A stretch of DNA of 32,000 nt from Candidatus Saganbacteria bacterium (GCA_026387835.1 JAPLKZ010000007.1:167257-199256); one strand, 5' to 3'. Positions 9,018 through 18,017 are shown, counted from the first letter of the stretch. Notes: generated from the sequence alone by a model not told the origin. Numbers and translations: made by a program.

Positions 9018-9431
9018 ATGTCAGGACAAATGGATATAACAACAGGTTTACTCTATAAAGGCGACCAAAAATGGCTGGATTACTCATTGAGTGCTTACTC
9101 GGATTTCTGTAATAATTTTATAATATTGAACACATCTAATAAGAATTCCACGATCACAGCGCGAACGGCCAATAGCTGGCGACAAAAAGGATTAAATGTT
9201 TCATTAGTCTCAACAGCCGGCGTCAATAAAGAGCCAAAGGCATATCTTTATAAAATGGTGAAAAAAGAACGGACAAAATGGATGTTGTTCTTGAACGAAG
9301 GAGAGATACTAGGAGAGGAAGCAAAAGACCAGATGCCTGTGTTATTGGATGATAATTCTGCTCAGGGTTTCAGATTTTTTGTGAGGACATTATGGGATTC
9401 TAAAAAAGAGTTCAGGTGCGATAAGGGGTAG
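9018..9431 (+). CDS. degenerate GT2-like domain fragment ending at an in-frame TAG (possible 5' part of a disrupted gene)
   Basis: 137 aa. FIILNTSNKNST...KGLNV...KWMLFLNEGEIL mirrors the GT2 layout of the downstream gene (DELVVVWNGNDP...AKVIKY...RVLWLDADDVV) but lacks the DxD. It is in the same frame as 9711-10838, with no other stop between them. Confidence 0.5.
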   Translation: MSGQMDITTGLLYKGDQKWLDYSLSAYSDFCNNFIILNTSNKNSTITARTANSWRQKGLNVSLVSTAGVNKEPKAYLYKMVKKERTKWMLFLNEGEILGEEAKDQMPVLLDDNSAQGFRFFVRTLWDSKKEFRCDKG

Positions 9432-9710
9432 ATAAGGACCAGAGCTGGGATATTCAGAGATACGATTGCGGGTAAGGAACAGGATGTTCTTACAGCCAGA
9501 TTAATCAGGAATAACAGGCCTGATGAGGGGCTGGGAGATGCAGGGCAGTGTGAATTCGGGGGTTATATTCCGGCATACATTGATAAGATCTCTATTAAGA
9601 ACGTATATATTAGATTAATAGAAGATATATTCGAAACAAATGCAAAAAGAGTCAGATTCGTTTCAAAGGTAAAACAATATGATAGAAAAGCAGCAAAAGA
9701 ATATCAGCGC

Positions 9711-10838
9711 ATGCTCAGGAACAATTCTAAAGAAAAGACTTTAGGGCTGATGATAGAGGATGCAAAGACAGAAGCTACGGTATCGCTGTGCATGATTGTA
9801 AAAGATGAATATAAAGAGCTTGAAAAATGTCTTGAAAGTGCAAAGGGCATGTACGACGAACTTGTGGTCGTATGGAATGGAAATGATCCGAAAACAATGG
9901 ATGTTATGGAAGAAAATTGTGCCAAGGTGATTAAGTACAGATGGAAAGACGATTTTTCAGATGCAAGAAATCTTTCATTAAAGAATGCTAGCTGTAAGCG
10001 GGTACTCTGGCTTGATGCCGACGATGTAGTATCGAAAGACTGCGGTGCCGATCTGAAAGAATTTCTGAGATACTGTGAAAGTGCGGCACTCCATCTGCCG
10101 GTCGAGATGTCGGGCAATTCCGGACAAAAAGCCCATTCAATAAGGGTAATAAAAAATGGCTACAAGGTAAAGTTTAAGAACAAAGTGCATGAAGTATTAA
10201 AATTCCCAAAAAGGTATCTCGTATCATATTTTCCACTGAAGATAATACATGAAGGCTATACGGATAGCGTGGCGCTTGAAAATAAGGAGCAAAGGAATGA
10301 AAAAATACTAAAAAGGATGCTGAAAGACAAGCACGACAACAGCAACGCACTGTTTTATTTAGGGATGAATGAAACAAATATCAAATCAAGTACAAAATAC
10401 ATTAATAAATATTTAAAACTCAACAGGGGAACAAATGACCTTAAAGAGATGGCACTTACGAAACTAGCTGCAAATTATCTCAAGAACGGAGATCTTAAAA
10501 AAGCCATAAAGTTCGGGTATAAAGCTTTGGAATATAATAATCTGCTGGCAGCGGCATATATCATTATCGGGAACGCTTTGGAGATGGAATATAAATACCA
10601 TCAGGCGGTAACTATGTATGAAACGGCCAAAATATCAAAGCCAAATGAAACGGCAATGTTTCTGAGCGATGTAAATGATTATACGTATACCCCAAGGCTC
10701 AATCTCGGAAAATTGTATATTAAAATGGGGGATCTTGAAAAAGCAAAAGAAAATTTGACCGAAGCCTTGAAATACAGGCCTGGCGATGCCGAATGCACTC
10801 AGATCTTATCCAACAGATTGATTTTCCCTGCAAGTTAA
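9711..10838 (+). CDS. family-2 glycosyltransferase with C-terminal TPR repeats (SunS-like architecture)
   Basis: VSLCMIVKDEYKELEKCLES, W-DDFSDARN and WLDADD are GT-A/GT2 motifs. IRVIKNGYKVKFKNKVHE...IIHEGY is as in TPR-GT2 proteins. The C-terminal half is TPR-like (ALFYLG..., AIKFGYKALEYN, LGKLYIKMGDLEKAKENLTEALKYRPGD). The frame is also open upstream from 9432. Confidence 0.8.
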   Translation: MLRNNSKEKTLGLMIEDAKTEATVSLCMIVKDEYKELEKCLESAKGMYDELVVVWNGNDPKTMDVMEENCAKVIKYRWKDDFSDARNLSLKNASCKRVLWLDADDVVSKDCGADLKEFLRYCESAALHLPVEMSGNSGQKAHSIRVIKNGYKVKFKNKVHEVLKFPKRYLVSYFPLKIIHEGYTDSVALENKEQRNEKILKRMLKDKHDNSNALFYLGMNETNIKSSTKYINKYLKLNRGTNDLKEMALTKLAANYLKNGDLKKAIKFGYKALEYNNLLAAAYIIIGNALEMEYKYHQAVTMYETAKISKPNETAMFLSDVNDYTYTPRLNLGKLYIKMGDLEKAKENLTEALKYRPGDAECTQILSNRLIFPAS

Positions 10839-11200
10839 AAGTTATTGATATCATTGATACAAATATGCATCAAATCGATAAATAACGTGCCTATAAAAGC
10901 GTTTAAATATGGCTTTTTTGAGTCATTTAGCCTCTATTTCGTCCTATTTCTGCATAATCTTTTAAAAAGGGCCTAAATCAGCCATGTTCTCCGCTGCCTG
11001 AGTATGGGCCGAAAGACCTGCAGCCATACATTATATAGATATCCACAAGGGCAAACCATAAGCGTCGCATAATATATCTTATGTCAAGTTATGGTAAGGG
11101 GGGTATGTGTATGGATTATTTGTGGAACCGTGTTTTTTATGATAATTATCAGTGCAAGTTATTTGATAGTGGCAACGATAGATAATTGAGGAAAGAAAAA

Positions 11201-11398
11201 ATGACAACTGGTAACCTTGGAATATATATTGATATTAACAAAAATGGAACAGTCGATGCTGATGAAAAAAAGTGGATGGATGATTATTTGCAGAATGAAG
11301 TGAAAGATATTAATGATAAGATGAAAAAACTCAATAAGAACCTTATTAATCAATTATCGGGAAATGATGAAGACGATCCGACATCCTCTGTTGCATAA
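11201..11398 (+). CDS. small acidic protein with a single EF-hand/dockerin-like Ca-binding loop (65 aa)
   Basis: DINKNGTVDADE fits the 12-residue EF-hand loop (D-x-N-x-N-G-x-V-x-x-x-E) and is followed by KKWMDDYL as in dockerin segments. SD GAGGAAAG at 11188-11195 precedes the ATG at 11201. The track's TTG at 11186 is less likely. Short ORF in AT-rich DNA, so uncertain. Confidence 0.45.
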   Translation: MTTGNLGIYIDINKNGTVDADEKKWMDDYLQNEVKDINDKMKKLNKNLINQLSGNDEDDPTSSVA

Positions 11399-11437
11399 AC
11401 CTGTCTTGCTCCTTGATCTAGAACAGGGTTTATTTTT
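11397..11437 (+). terminator. possible intrinsic terminator after the small ORF
   Basis: CCTGT (11400-11404) pairs with ACAGG (11423-11427), with flanking A/T pairs. TTTATTTTT follows. The stem is weak and the loop is 18 nt. Confidence 0.3.
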
Positions 11438-11484
11438 CCTCCTACCCTATCAAGATAATTAAAACCGATAGTAGTATTACCAGA

Positions 11485-12171
11485 TCAGGAATTAAGTATC
11501 GATCTGAATATATACACGCCATCCTCGCAGCCGAGGACCTTTTCCGTCACCCTTTCCGGGTGAGGCATCATACCCAGAACATTGCGAGCTTCATTGCAGA
11601 TACCGGCTATATTGTTCATTGAACCATTGGGATTATATTTTGCTGACACTGAACCGGACGGGCTGCAGTAGCGGAACACTACCTGCCCTTTCTTTTCGAT
11701 CTTAGCAAGGGTCTCTTTATCGGCAGTATAATTGCCGTCAAAATGGGCTATCGGTACCGTCAGGACCTGTCCTTTTTTACATTTATTAGTGAAGGGTGTC
11801 TTGGCGTTCTCGACACGGATACTGACGTTCTTGCAGAGGAACTTGAGGTGCCTGTTCTTCTGGAGCGCTCCCGGCAAAAGTCCGGCCTCGGTAAGTATCT
11901 GGAACCCGTTGCATATCCCGAGCACCAGCCCCCTGTCCTTCTTTACATATTCTATTATGGAGTTCATCACCGGCGAGAACCTGGCTATTGCGCCTGACCT
12001 GAGGTAATCCCCGTAGGAAAACCCGCCCGGGACGATTATAAGGTCATAGCCTTTTATGCTGCTTTCCTCATGCCACACGAGGTCTGTCTTGGCGTTAAGG
12101 ACCTTCTTCGCGACATGGTAGCAGTCCCAATCGCAGTTGCTTCCTGGGAACACTATTACGGCTGCCTTCAT
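11485..12171 (-). CDS. purQ: phosphoribosylformylglycinamidine synthase, glutaminase subunit
   Basis: 228 aa. [11 protein letters not shown], catalytic-Cys motif GICNGFQIL, and C-terminal MMPHPER. Confidence 0.93.
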   Translation of the reverse strand: MKAAVIVFPGSNCDWDCYHVAKKVLNAKTDLVWHEESSIKGYDLIIVPGGFSYGDYLRSGAIARFSPVMNSIIEYVKKDRGLVLGICNGFQILTEAGLLPGALQKNRHLKFLCKNVSIRVENAKTPFTNKCKKGQVLTVPIAHFDGNYTADKETLAKIEKKGQVVFRYCSPSGSVSAKYNPNGSMNNIAGICNEARNVLGMMPHPERVTEKVLGCEDGVYIFRSILNS

Positions 12172-12172
12172 C

Positions 12173-12421
12173 CTAGATTTCCTCGATCTCGAAGGTGTAT
12201 TGTTCGACCACGGGGTTTGCCAGGAGTTTCTTGCACATCTCGCTCACCTGGTGCCTTGTGTCTTCTATGCTTTTAGCGTCTATCTTTATATCTATCAGTT
12301 TACCGATCTTAACCTCGGACACGCTAGTGTATTTGAGCGCGTGAAGGGCGTCCTTTATCGTCTTGCCCTGCGGATCAAGTATCCCTTTCTTGTGCCTCAC
12401 AAAAACTTTTACCAGATACAT
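12173..12421 (-). CDS. purS: phosphoribosylformylglycinamidine synthase subunit PurS
   Basis: 82 aa. [27 protein letters not shown] is typical PurS. It ends at TAG 1 nt before the purQ start. Confidence 0.9.
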   Translation of the reverse strand: MYLVKVFVRHKKGILDPQGKTIKDALHALKYTSVSEVKIGKLIDIKIDAKSIEDTRHQVSEMCKKLLANPVVEQYTFEIEEI

Positions 12422-12624
12422 CCTTTTCTCCTTCTTGTCAAATATATTTTAAGAGCTAAAAACCGGTGTTCCGATATGGGTGACGATTAAGCCTTATTCA
12501 TCACCCCTTTGGTCACTTTGAACCTTTCAGCCCTTCCTCTTAAGCCTTTTAAAACCGTTTAAATACACTGCAAGGCATAGATATCATAATCGGCGCTATA
12601 TATGGTGCCCCCATATCTGGAGTG

Positions 12625-13917
12625 TCACAGGCCGAATCTCTTGTAGACGGCATAAAGATTCCTGGTGAAATAGTTCAGGTCGAACAGACCTTCGATCTTG
12701 TCTTTTGGTATATGTTTTTGGAGCTCGCTGTCCTGCATGCAGACATCCTTCATTGGCCTGCCTTTTGACCTGGCTTCCATGGCGCATGCCTGGACGATTT
12801 TGTACGCATCTTCCCGGGTCAGGCCGCTGTCTACAAGGGTCAACAGGATCCTTTGTGAAAAGACGATCCCTCCGGACCTTTCAATATTGGCGAGCATGTT
12901 CTCGGGATGCACGACAAGCCCGTCCATCAAAGAGGTGAACTTGTTCAGCATGTAGTCGATAAGGATATTCGAGTCGGGGATGATGATCCTTTCCCCTGCC
13001 GAGTTGGAAAGGTCCCTTTCGTGCCACAGGGGAATATTTTCCATTGCAGCCAGGCAGTTACCCCTGATCACCCTTGCAAGGCTTGTTATGCGTTCGGATA
13101 TTATAGGGTTCTTTTTATGAGGCATTGCGGACGAACCCTTCTGTCCCTTTTTAAACGGCTCCTCTACCTCAAGTATCTCGGTCCTTGAAAGGTTCCTTAT
13201 CTCGGTCGCGAACTTTTCCAATGAGCCGGCGATCAAGGCGAGGGTCGCCATGTACTCCGCTATCCTGTCCCTCTGGAGCACCTGGGTAGAGGCGGGAGAG
13301 GGCTTAAGTCCCAGTTTGTTGCATACCATCTCCTCTATCTTCGGTTCAAGGTTGGCATAAGACCCCACGGCGCCGGATATCTTGCCGACGTTTACTGACT
13401 CCTTTGCCTTTTTCATCCTTTCAAGGTTACGTTCCATCTCAGCTATCCATACGCAGAGTTTGAAAGCAAAAGTTATTGGCTCGGCATGGACCCCGTGTGT
13501 CCTGCCCATCATCATCGTGCCCTTGTTCTCTCCAGCCCGTTTTTTTAGTGCCACTATAGTCTTTTCAATATCCTCTATGATGATGTCAGAGGAAGCTTTT
13601 AATCGCAGGGAAAGCGCCGTATCTTCCACGTCATAAGAGGTCAGTCCTATGTGGATATAGCGGGAGTCCTCCCCCACTTTTTCGGCGACGCACGTGGTGA
13701 AAGCGATCAGGTCGTGGTCGACTATCTTCTCGATCTCATTTATCCGCTCGATCGAAAAAGATGCATTTTTCCTGATATTTTCGAGGGACTTGCCGGGGAT
13801 CTTGCCGAGCTCAGACCAGACCTCGCATACGGCCAACTCAACGTCAAGCCAGCTCTGGAACTTGGCCTGCTCGTTCCATATGGCCCCCATTTTTGGAAGA
13901 GTGTATCGGTCGATCAT
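12625..13917 (-). CDS. purB: adenylosuccinate lyase
   Basis: 430 aa. Fumarate-lyase signature GSSAMPHKKNP, N-terminal RYTLPKMGAIW. SD AAGGAGA lies upstream. Confidence 0.95.
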   Translation of the reverse strand: MIDRYTLPKMGAIWNEQAKFQSWLDVELAVCEVWSELGKIPGKSLENIRKNASFSIERINEIEKIVDHDLIAFTTCVAEKVGEDSRYIHIGLTSYDVEDTALSLRLKASSDIIIEDIEKTIVALKKRAGENKGTMMMGRTHGVHAEPITFAFKLCVWIAEMERNLERMKKAKESVNVGKISGAVGSYANLEPKIEEMVCNKLGLKPSPASTQVLQRDRIAEYMATLALIAGSLEKFATEIRNLSRTEILEVEEPFKKGQKGSSAMPHKKNPIISERITSLARVIRGNCLAAMENIPLWHERDLSNSAGERIIIPDSNILIDYMLNKFTSLMDGLVVHPENMLANIERSGGIVFSQRILLTLVDSGLTREDAYKIVQACAMEARSKGRPMKDVCMQDSELQKHIPKDKIEGLFDLNYFTRNLYAVYKRFGL

Positions 13918-13937
13918 TACTTTCTCCTTGCAGGATA

Positions 13938-13946
13938 ATTATAACA
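13938..13946 (-). promoter_or_regulatory. extended -10 element (TGtTATAAT) upstream of purB
   Basis: The reverse complement of 13938-13946 reads TGTTATAAT. A 20-nt leader containing AAGGAGA follows before the ATG at 13917. Confidence 0.4.
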
Positions 13947-13999
13947 TATGGCTGAAATCTGATGATTATTATTTCGATAATAAAATAGAGGGTCCTTCA

Positions 14000-15118
14000 A
14001 TGAATAGATATGAATTAAGAAACCCAACAGGGCATAATATAGTATTGCCCCAGCATTTTAATCCCGGAGCAAGTGTCCGTCTGTCGATGTTGATCTCAGA
14101 TATTGACCGCACAGCAATCAGCACAGGAATATCAAGGATACAGGGTTCCAACCGTGTTCAATTAGTAAGAAGCCTGCTTATGGGTAAAGATGTTCATCTT
14201 ATCAGCGGCAGCCCTTACCACCCTCAATATGCAGGGCTTGATTTTTCAAGGGAATCTATTCAAAGAAGGGTCGCTGAACCGGTCTTCAATAGTCTTCAAA
14301 GACTTAGGTCCATTGAAATGATGCCGCATCTCAAAATACATTATATTTCCGGGAAAGGGAAAGTGACTTTTACCGGGTCCGGAACAGAGCAAATGACCGA
14401 AGATAAAGAAAATCTTATTCCAGATGATATTAACTTCAAGATCGCGGTTGCTTTAGCGGGCGGGTTCTGTGCAAGGGTTAAGGGAATATGCTTGAATGGG
14501 TTCATGAGAGGTGATCTTAAAAGGTCTTTGGATTCTTCAGTTGATTTAAAAGCAATTGAAGCTGTTGTCAGGAAGGCTACTGGGATCGAAGCTGTGAGGT
14601 TCTGGCCCTTTGGAAGCGAATTGGCATTAATTTTCCATAGCCCAAAAGCTCCGAACGGTGATGGTGTTGATAAATTTGCGAGATCAGTATTAGAGGCGGA
14701 AGGCATTATACTCCCTGAGGATAATTACTCTTTTTCAGGCGGAGGCGCTTATGCCAAAGTTGCCAGGATTAAAAAGAGAGATGTTATTGAAAAAGAACTG
14801 GCCGCCTTGAATCCAAACGGTGCTGTCCTTGGGCTTGGCGATTCAAATGCGGATGATTTCCTGCTTTTAGACCCGGATAGTTTTTTATTCTTCCCGGTCT
14901 ATTTAGGGGCCGAAAAGGATATGGAACAGCATCCCCAGATATTAACTGCCTTGGACCGTTTTGGAAAAGACAGGATGGAGGCAAGAGGATTCGGCCGCAC
15001 AGTCAAAACCTTCCTCGACGCCGAAGAGGCCGGTAAAACATACTATGACCTGCCGATCTTTTTAAAAGGCCAATCAATAAATCAACTTATCCAAATGGGG
15101 TTCAGGCTTCAAAACTAA
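14000..15118 (+). CDS. HAD-superfamily (type IIB-like) hydrolase with unusually large cap region
   Basis: HAD motif I LISDIDRTA, motif II HLISGS, motif IV GLGDSNADDFLL. Start chosen at ATG 14000 (AGAGGG upstream). The track ORF start at 13694 lies antisense inside purB and is probably not used. Confidence 0.65.
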   Translation: MNRYELRNPTGHNIVLPQHFNPGASVRLSMLISDIDRTAISTGISRIQGSNRVQLVRSLLMGKDVHLISGSPYHPQYAGLDFSRESIQRRVAEPVFNSLQRLRSIEMMPHLKIHYISGKGKVTFTGSGTEQMTEDKENLIPDDINFKIAVALAGGFCARVKGICLNGFMRGDLKRSLDSSVDLKAIEAVVRKATGIEAVRFWPFGSELALIFHSPKAPNGDGVDKFARSVLEAEGIILPEDNYSFSGGGAYAKVARIKKRDVIEKELAALNPNGAVLGLGDSNADDFLLLDPDSFLFFPVYLGAEKDMEQHPQILTALDRFGKDRMEARGFGRTVKTFLDAEEAGKTYYDLPIFLKGQSINQLIQMGFRLQN

Positions 15119-16180
15119 TTACAGTTTATATGCCATTGACTCGATCTCTCTGAGCAGCTCTGATACCATATCCTCTTCTCTGACCTTTTTTATCAGCTCA
15201 CCTTTTTTAAAGATCATCCCCTGCCCTTTTCCTCCTGCAAGTCCGAGGTCGGCTTCTGCAGCTTCTCCCGGACCGTTCACGACGCAGCCCATTATGGCGA
15301 TCTTAAGCGGAACTTCTATATGCCTTGTATTTTCTTCGATCTCTTTGACGACATGCTCCATGTCATATTCAAGCCTGCCGCAGGTCGGGCACGAGATGAT
15401 CGTTACCCCTTTGTTGAACATATTAAGCGATCTTAGTATCTCAAAACCGACCCTGACTTCTTCAACCGGGCTTCCGGTAAGAGAAACTCTTATCGTATCC
15501 CCGATGCCCTGCGACAAAAGAGAACCTATCCCGACTGCAGACCTGATGATCCCCGTTTTGGGGATGCCTGCTTCGGTTATCCCGACATGGAGAGGATAAT
15601 CGACCTTCTTTGAAAGTATCTGATAAGCTTCGATCGTCTTTGGCACGTCGGAGGCTTTTATTGAAACGACGATATCACTGAACTTCAGCTTTTCAAGTAT
15701 TTTAACGTGTTTTAAAGCACTTTCCACAAGGGCCTGAGCTGTAGGGTGCCCGTGCTTTTTCAATATTTCCTTATCAAGCGAGCCGCTGTTCACGCCTATC
15801 CTTATGGGAACTTTCTTTTCTTTGGCCGAAGAGACGACGGCTTTTATCCTTTCAATATCACCGATATTGCCGGGATTTATCCTCAGCTTGTCGATCCCCG
15901 CTTCAAGGGCCGTGAGGGCTAATTTATGATCAAAATGTATGTCTGCGACAAGAGGTATTGAAATGGAACGCTTTATTATCCCGAGAGCATTGGCGTCGGC
16001 CTCGTCTTTTACGGCGACGCGCACTATCTGGCATCCCGCCTCTTCGAGCATTTGGATCTGTTTTATGGTAGCTTCGGCATCGCTCGTGAAGGTCTTTGTC
16101 ATCGACTGGACAGATACAGGGGATAAGCCTCCGATCGTCACGTTCCCGACTTTTACAGGTCTTGTCTTTTTGCGGGGCAT
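15119..16180 (-). CDS. ispG: 4-hydroxy-3-methylbut-2-en-1-yl diphosphate synthase (flavodoxin)
   Basis: 353 aa. RPVKVGNVTIGG, SCPTCGR and MGCVVNGPGEA are the Fe-S cluster motifs of IspG/GcpE. Confidence 0.95.
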   Translation of the reverse strand: MPRKKTRPVKVGNVTIGGLSPVSVQSMTKTFTSDAEATIKQIQMLEEAGCQIVRVAVKDEADANALGIIKRSISIPLVADIHFDHKLALTALEAGIDKLRINPGNIGDIERIKAVVSSAKEKKVPIRIGVNSGSLDKEILKKHGHPTAQALVESALKHVKILEKLKFSDIVVSIKASDVPKTIEAYQILSKKVDYPLHVGITEAGIPKTGIIRSAVGIGSLLSQGIGDTIRVSLTGSPVEEVRVGFEILRSLNMFNKGVTIISCPTCGRLEYDMEHVVKEIEENTRHIEVPLKIAIMGCVVNGPGEAAEADLGLAGGKGQGMIFKKGELIKKVREEDMVSELLREIESMAYKL

Positions 16181-16189
16181 TTCAGAAGT

Positions 16190-16198
16190 ATTATAACA
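16190..16198 (-). promoter_or_regulatory. extended -10 element (TGtTATAAT) 9 nt upstream of the ispG ATG, no SD
   Basis: The reverse complement of 16190-16198 reads TGTTATAAT. Only ACTTCTGAA separates it from the ATG at 16180. It lies in the 28-nt gap after csaB::tagA. Confidence 0.4.
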
Positions 16199-16208
16199 CA
16201 GCCAGCGC

Positions 16209-18017
16209 TTAATCCTTAAAACTTGATCCCAGCAACCTGTGCTTTATTGCATGTCCTATGAATTTTACGAGATTTGCCTGTCTTTTTATTCTTTTGGGTT
16301 CTTTAGTCAGGCGGTAAAGCCATTCCAGCCCGATCTTGCGGACTATTTCAGGAGCTCTTTTTGCCCTGCCTGATATTACATCAAGGCTCCCTCCGATGAC
16401 CATGCTGACGGGTATCCCGAGCTCTTTATAATGTTTTGCCAGCCATTTTTCCTGCCTTGGAGCGCCGAGACCGACGAAAAGTATATCAGGTCTTAATGCT
16501 TTTATCCCGCGGATTACGTCCTTCTCCTCATTATCCCTGAAATAACCGTGAAGCGTTCCGACCACATTGACGCCTTGAAGTTTCTTTACGGCCTTTTCAG
16601 CGACTCCCGGAGCAGATCCGAGTAAAAAGACTTTATATCCTTTTTCTTTTGAAAGTTCCAAAAGTCTTATCATGAGGTCTATTCCTGCGACCCTTTCAAT
16701 AAGCGGCATATTAAGAAGTTTTGCCGCTCCGACGACGCCGATACCGTCTGGAATGCCGATATCGGCCGAGTTGATTATTTCACGCAGCTCGGTATCTTTC
16801 TGGGCCGCCATGATTATTTCAGGATTAGTGGAGAGTACCAGGCGGGGTTTTCTGCCGCGGATATATCCTTCGATCATTTCGGCCGCGGCTTCGAGGCCGA
16901 TATTGTTGACCTTAACCCCAAAAAGATAGATCTCTTTCATAGTATCGGCGAACTCGAAGAAAGCGCTGAAATTCAATTCTGCTCTCTTTATAAGTATCTT
17001 GGCATTTTCTTTTATTAATGAGACATAATGGTCTCTATTTTCGTAGACCTCGTCAAAAGCCCTTATCATATCATCGGCGGAGAAATTGAGCCCCAGTAAC
17101 GGGCAGTCGATCTCTTTCATCAGATTATCGACCTTAGGGTCATAGTCTATTCCGATCATTGGAACATGTGAAACCGAAGCAAATATCAGGCAGTGAAGCC
17201 TCATGCCTATCAGGACGTCAAGTTTTGATATCAGGCACATCAGGTCTTTTGCCTCGTGCACCTGCGCCAGGATCCCTGGCCTGTGCTTCATAAGGGAAGC
17301 GACGTTTGCGGATTCATCGGCATCAACGGGCTGCTGGAAAGGGATGAAAATGACATTAGCATGATGTTTTTCAACTATACGATCAAGCGCTGAAGCGAGC
17401 CTCATGTACATGTCAGGAGACCTGTGTTTGAGCGGCCTTATGCAGACCCCGACCAAAGGCTTGCGGCCAAGGTCGAGATTTTCTTTCTTTAAGAGTTCTT
17501 CGATGCTGCCTTTTTCAAGGAGGAACGCCGGGTCGGCTGCGATCAGCATCAAAGGTCTGTTCACCCGGTCTTTCTGAAGGGCAACAAAAGAACCGAAATC
17601 CCTTACCGTGATAAGGGTGACATTGTTCAGAATATTCCTGACAAGCCATTTGTTGACGGTTCTTTTCACGGGGCCGTAACCTTGCCCCATGACCGCGACC
17701 TTCTTCTTTAATAACAGACCGAGCCAGATGATCCCGAGATAATAAGGGATGGACAAAGGCCCTGTAATGTCCTGCAGCAGTCCTCCCCCTCCGCTGATAA
17801 GCGTATCGCAGGACATTATCTCTTTGACAACCTGAAAAACGGAGAACCTTCTTATAGATCTTACATTGAACTTTTTAGAGGTCGCTCTCGGGTCGGCGGA
17901 CAGAACAGTGGCCCTTATTTTTGGATTGCTCTTCTTTAGACGGGTGATGATAGATTCAAGAATTGCTTCATCGCCGGTATTCCCTGTGCCGTAATAACCG
18001 GATATGACTACCTTCAT
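16209..18017 (-). CDS. fusion protein: polysaccharide pyruvyl transferase CsaB (N-terminal, about aa 1-355) + WecB/TagA/CpsF-family (GT26) glycosyltransferase (C-terminal, about aa 360-602)
   Basis: The N-terminus MKVVISGYYGTGNTGDEAIL and GGGGLLQD are CsaB hallmarks. The C-terminal half has STNPEIIMAAQKD, IPDGIGVV, FLLGSAPGVAEKA, FVGLGAPRQEKW and LEWLYRL, which is GT26/TagA. The frame is uninterrupted and there is no SD before the internal ATG at 16940. Confidence 0.85.
   Translation of the reverse strand: MKVVISGYYGTGNTGDEAILESIITRLKKSNPKIRATVLSADPRATSKKFNVRSIRRFSVFQVVKEIMSCDTLISGGGGLLQDITGPLSIPYYLGIIWLGLLLKKKVAVMGQGYGPVKRTVNKWLVRNILNNVTLITVRDFGSFVALQKDRVNRPLMLIAADPAFLLEKGSIEELLKKENLDLGRKPLVGVCIRPLKHRSPDMYMRLASALDRIVEKHHANVIFIPFQQPVDADESANVASLMKHRPGILAQVHEAKDLMCLISKLDVLIGMRLHCLIFASVSHVPMIGIDYDPKVDNLMKEIDCPLLGLNFSADDMIRAFDEVYENRDHYVSLIKENAKILIKRAELNFSAFFEFADTMKEIYLFGVKVNNIGLEAAAEMIEGYIRGRKPRLVLSTNPEIIMAAQKDTELREIINSADIGIPDGIGVVGAAKLLNMPLIERVAGIDLMIRLLELSKEKGYKVFLLGSAPGVAEKAVKKLQGVNVVGTLHGYFRDNEEKDVIRGIKALRPDILFVGLGAPRQEKWLAKHYKELGIPVSMVIGGSLDVISGRAKRAPEIVRKIGLEWLYRLTKEPKRIKRQANLVKFIGHAIKHRLLGSSFKD

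Noticed and set aside
9429-9431. Genome-wide TAG reassignment or pyrrolysine as the explanation for the in-frame TAG.
   Set aside because: TAG is used as a normal terminator at sensible protein ends for purS (12173-12175), pyk (27525-27527) and the AlbA_2 gene (26827-26829). No pyl genes or obvious downstream PYLIS-like structure were seen. Site-specific read-through cannot be excluded.
12585-12640. Plus-strand string TCATAATCGGCGCTATATATGGTGCCC, superficially like the purine-riboswitch core (UAUAAUCGCGUGGAUAUGGCACGC), next to pur genes.
   Set aside because: It is on the wrong strand relative to the pur genes and overlaps the purB 3' end. The P2 and P3 helices cannot be formed (GGCGC versus TGCCC do not pair), and no plus-strand gene lies downstream.
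13694-13999. 5' extension of the HAD-hydrolase ORF (track start 13694) overlapping purB antisense.
   Set aside because: The extension is antisense to the well-supported purB N-terminus and has non-protein-like sequence. A proper ATG with an upstream AGAGGG lies at 14000, in the intergenic region.
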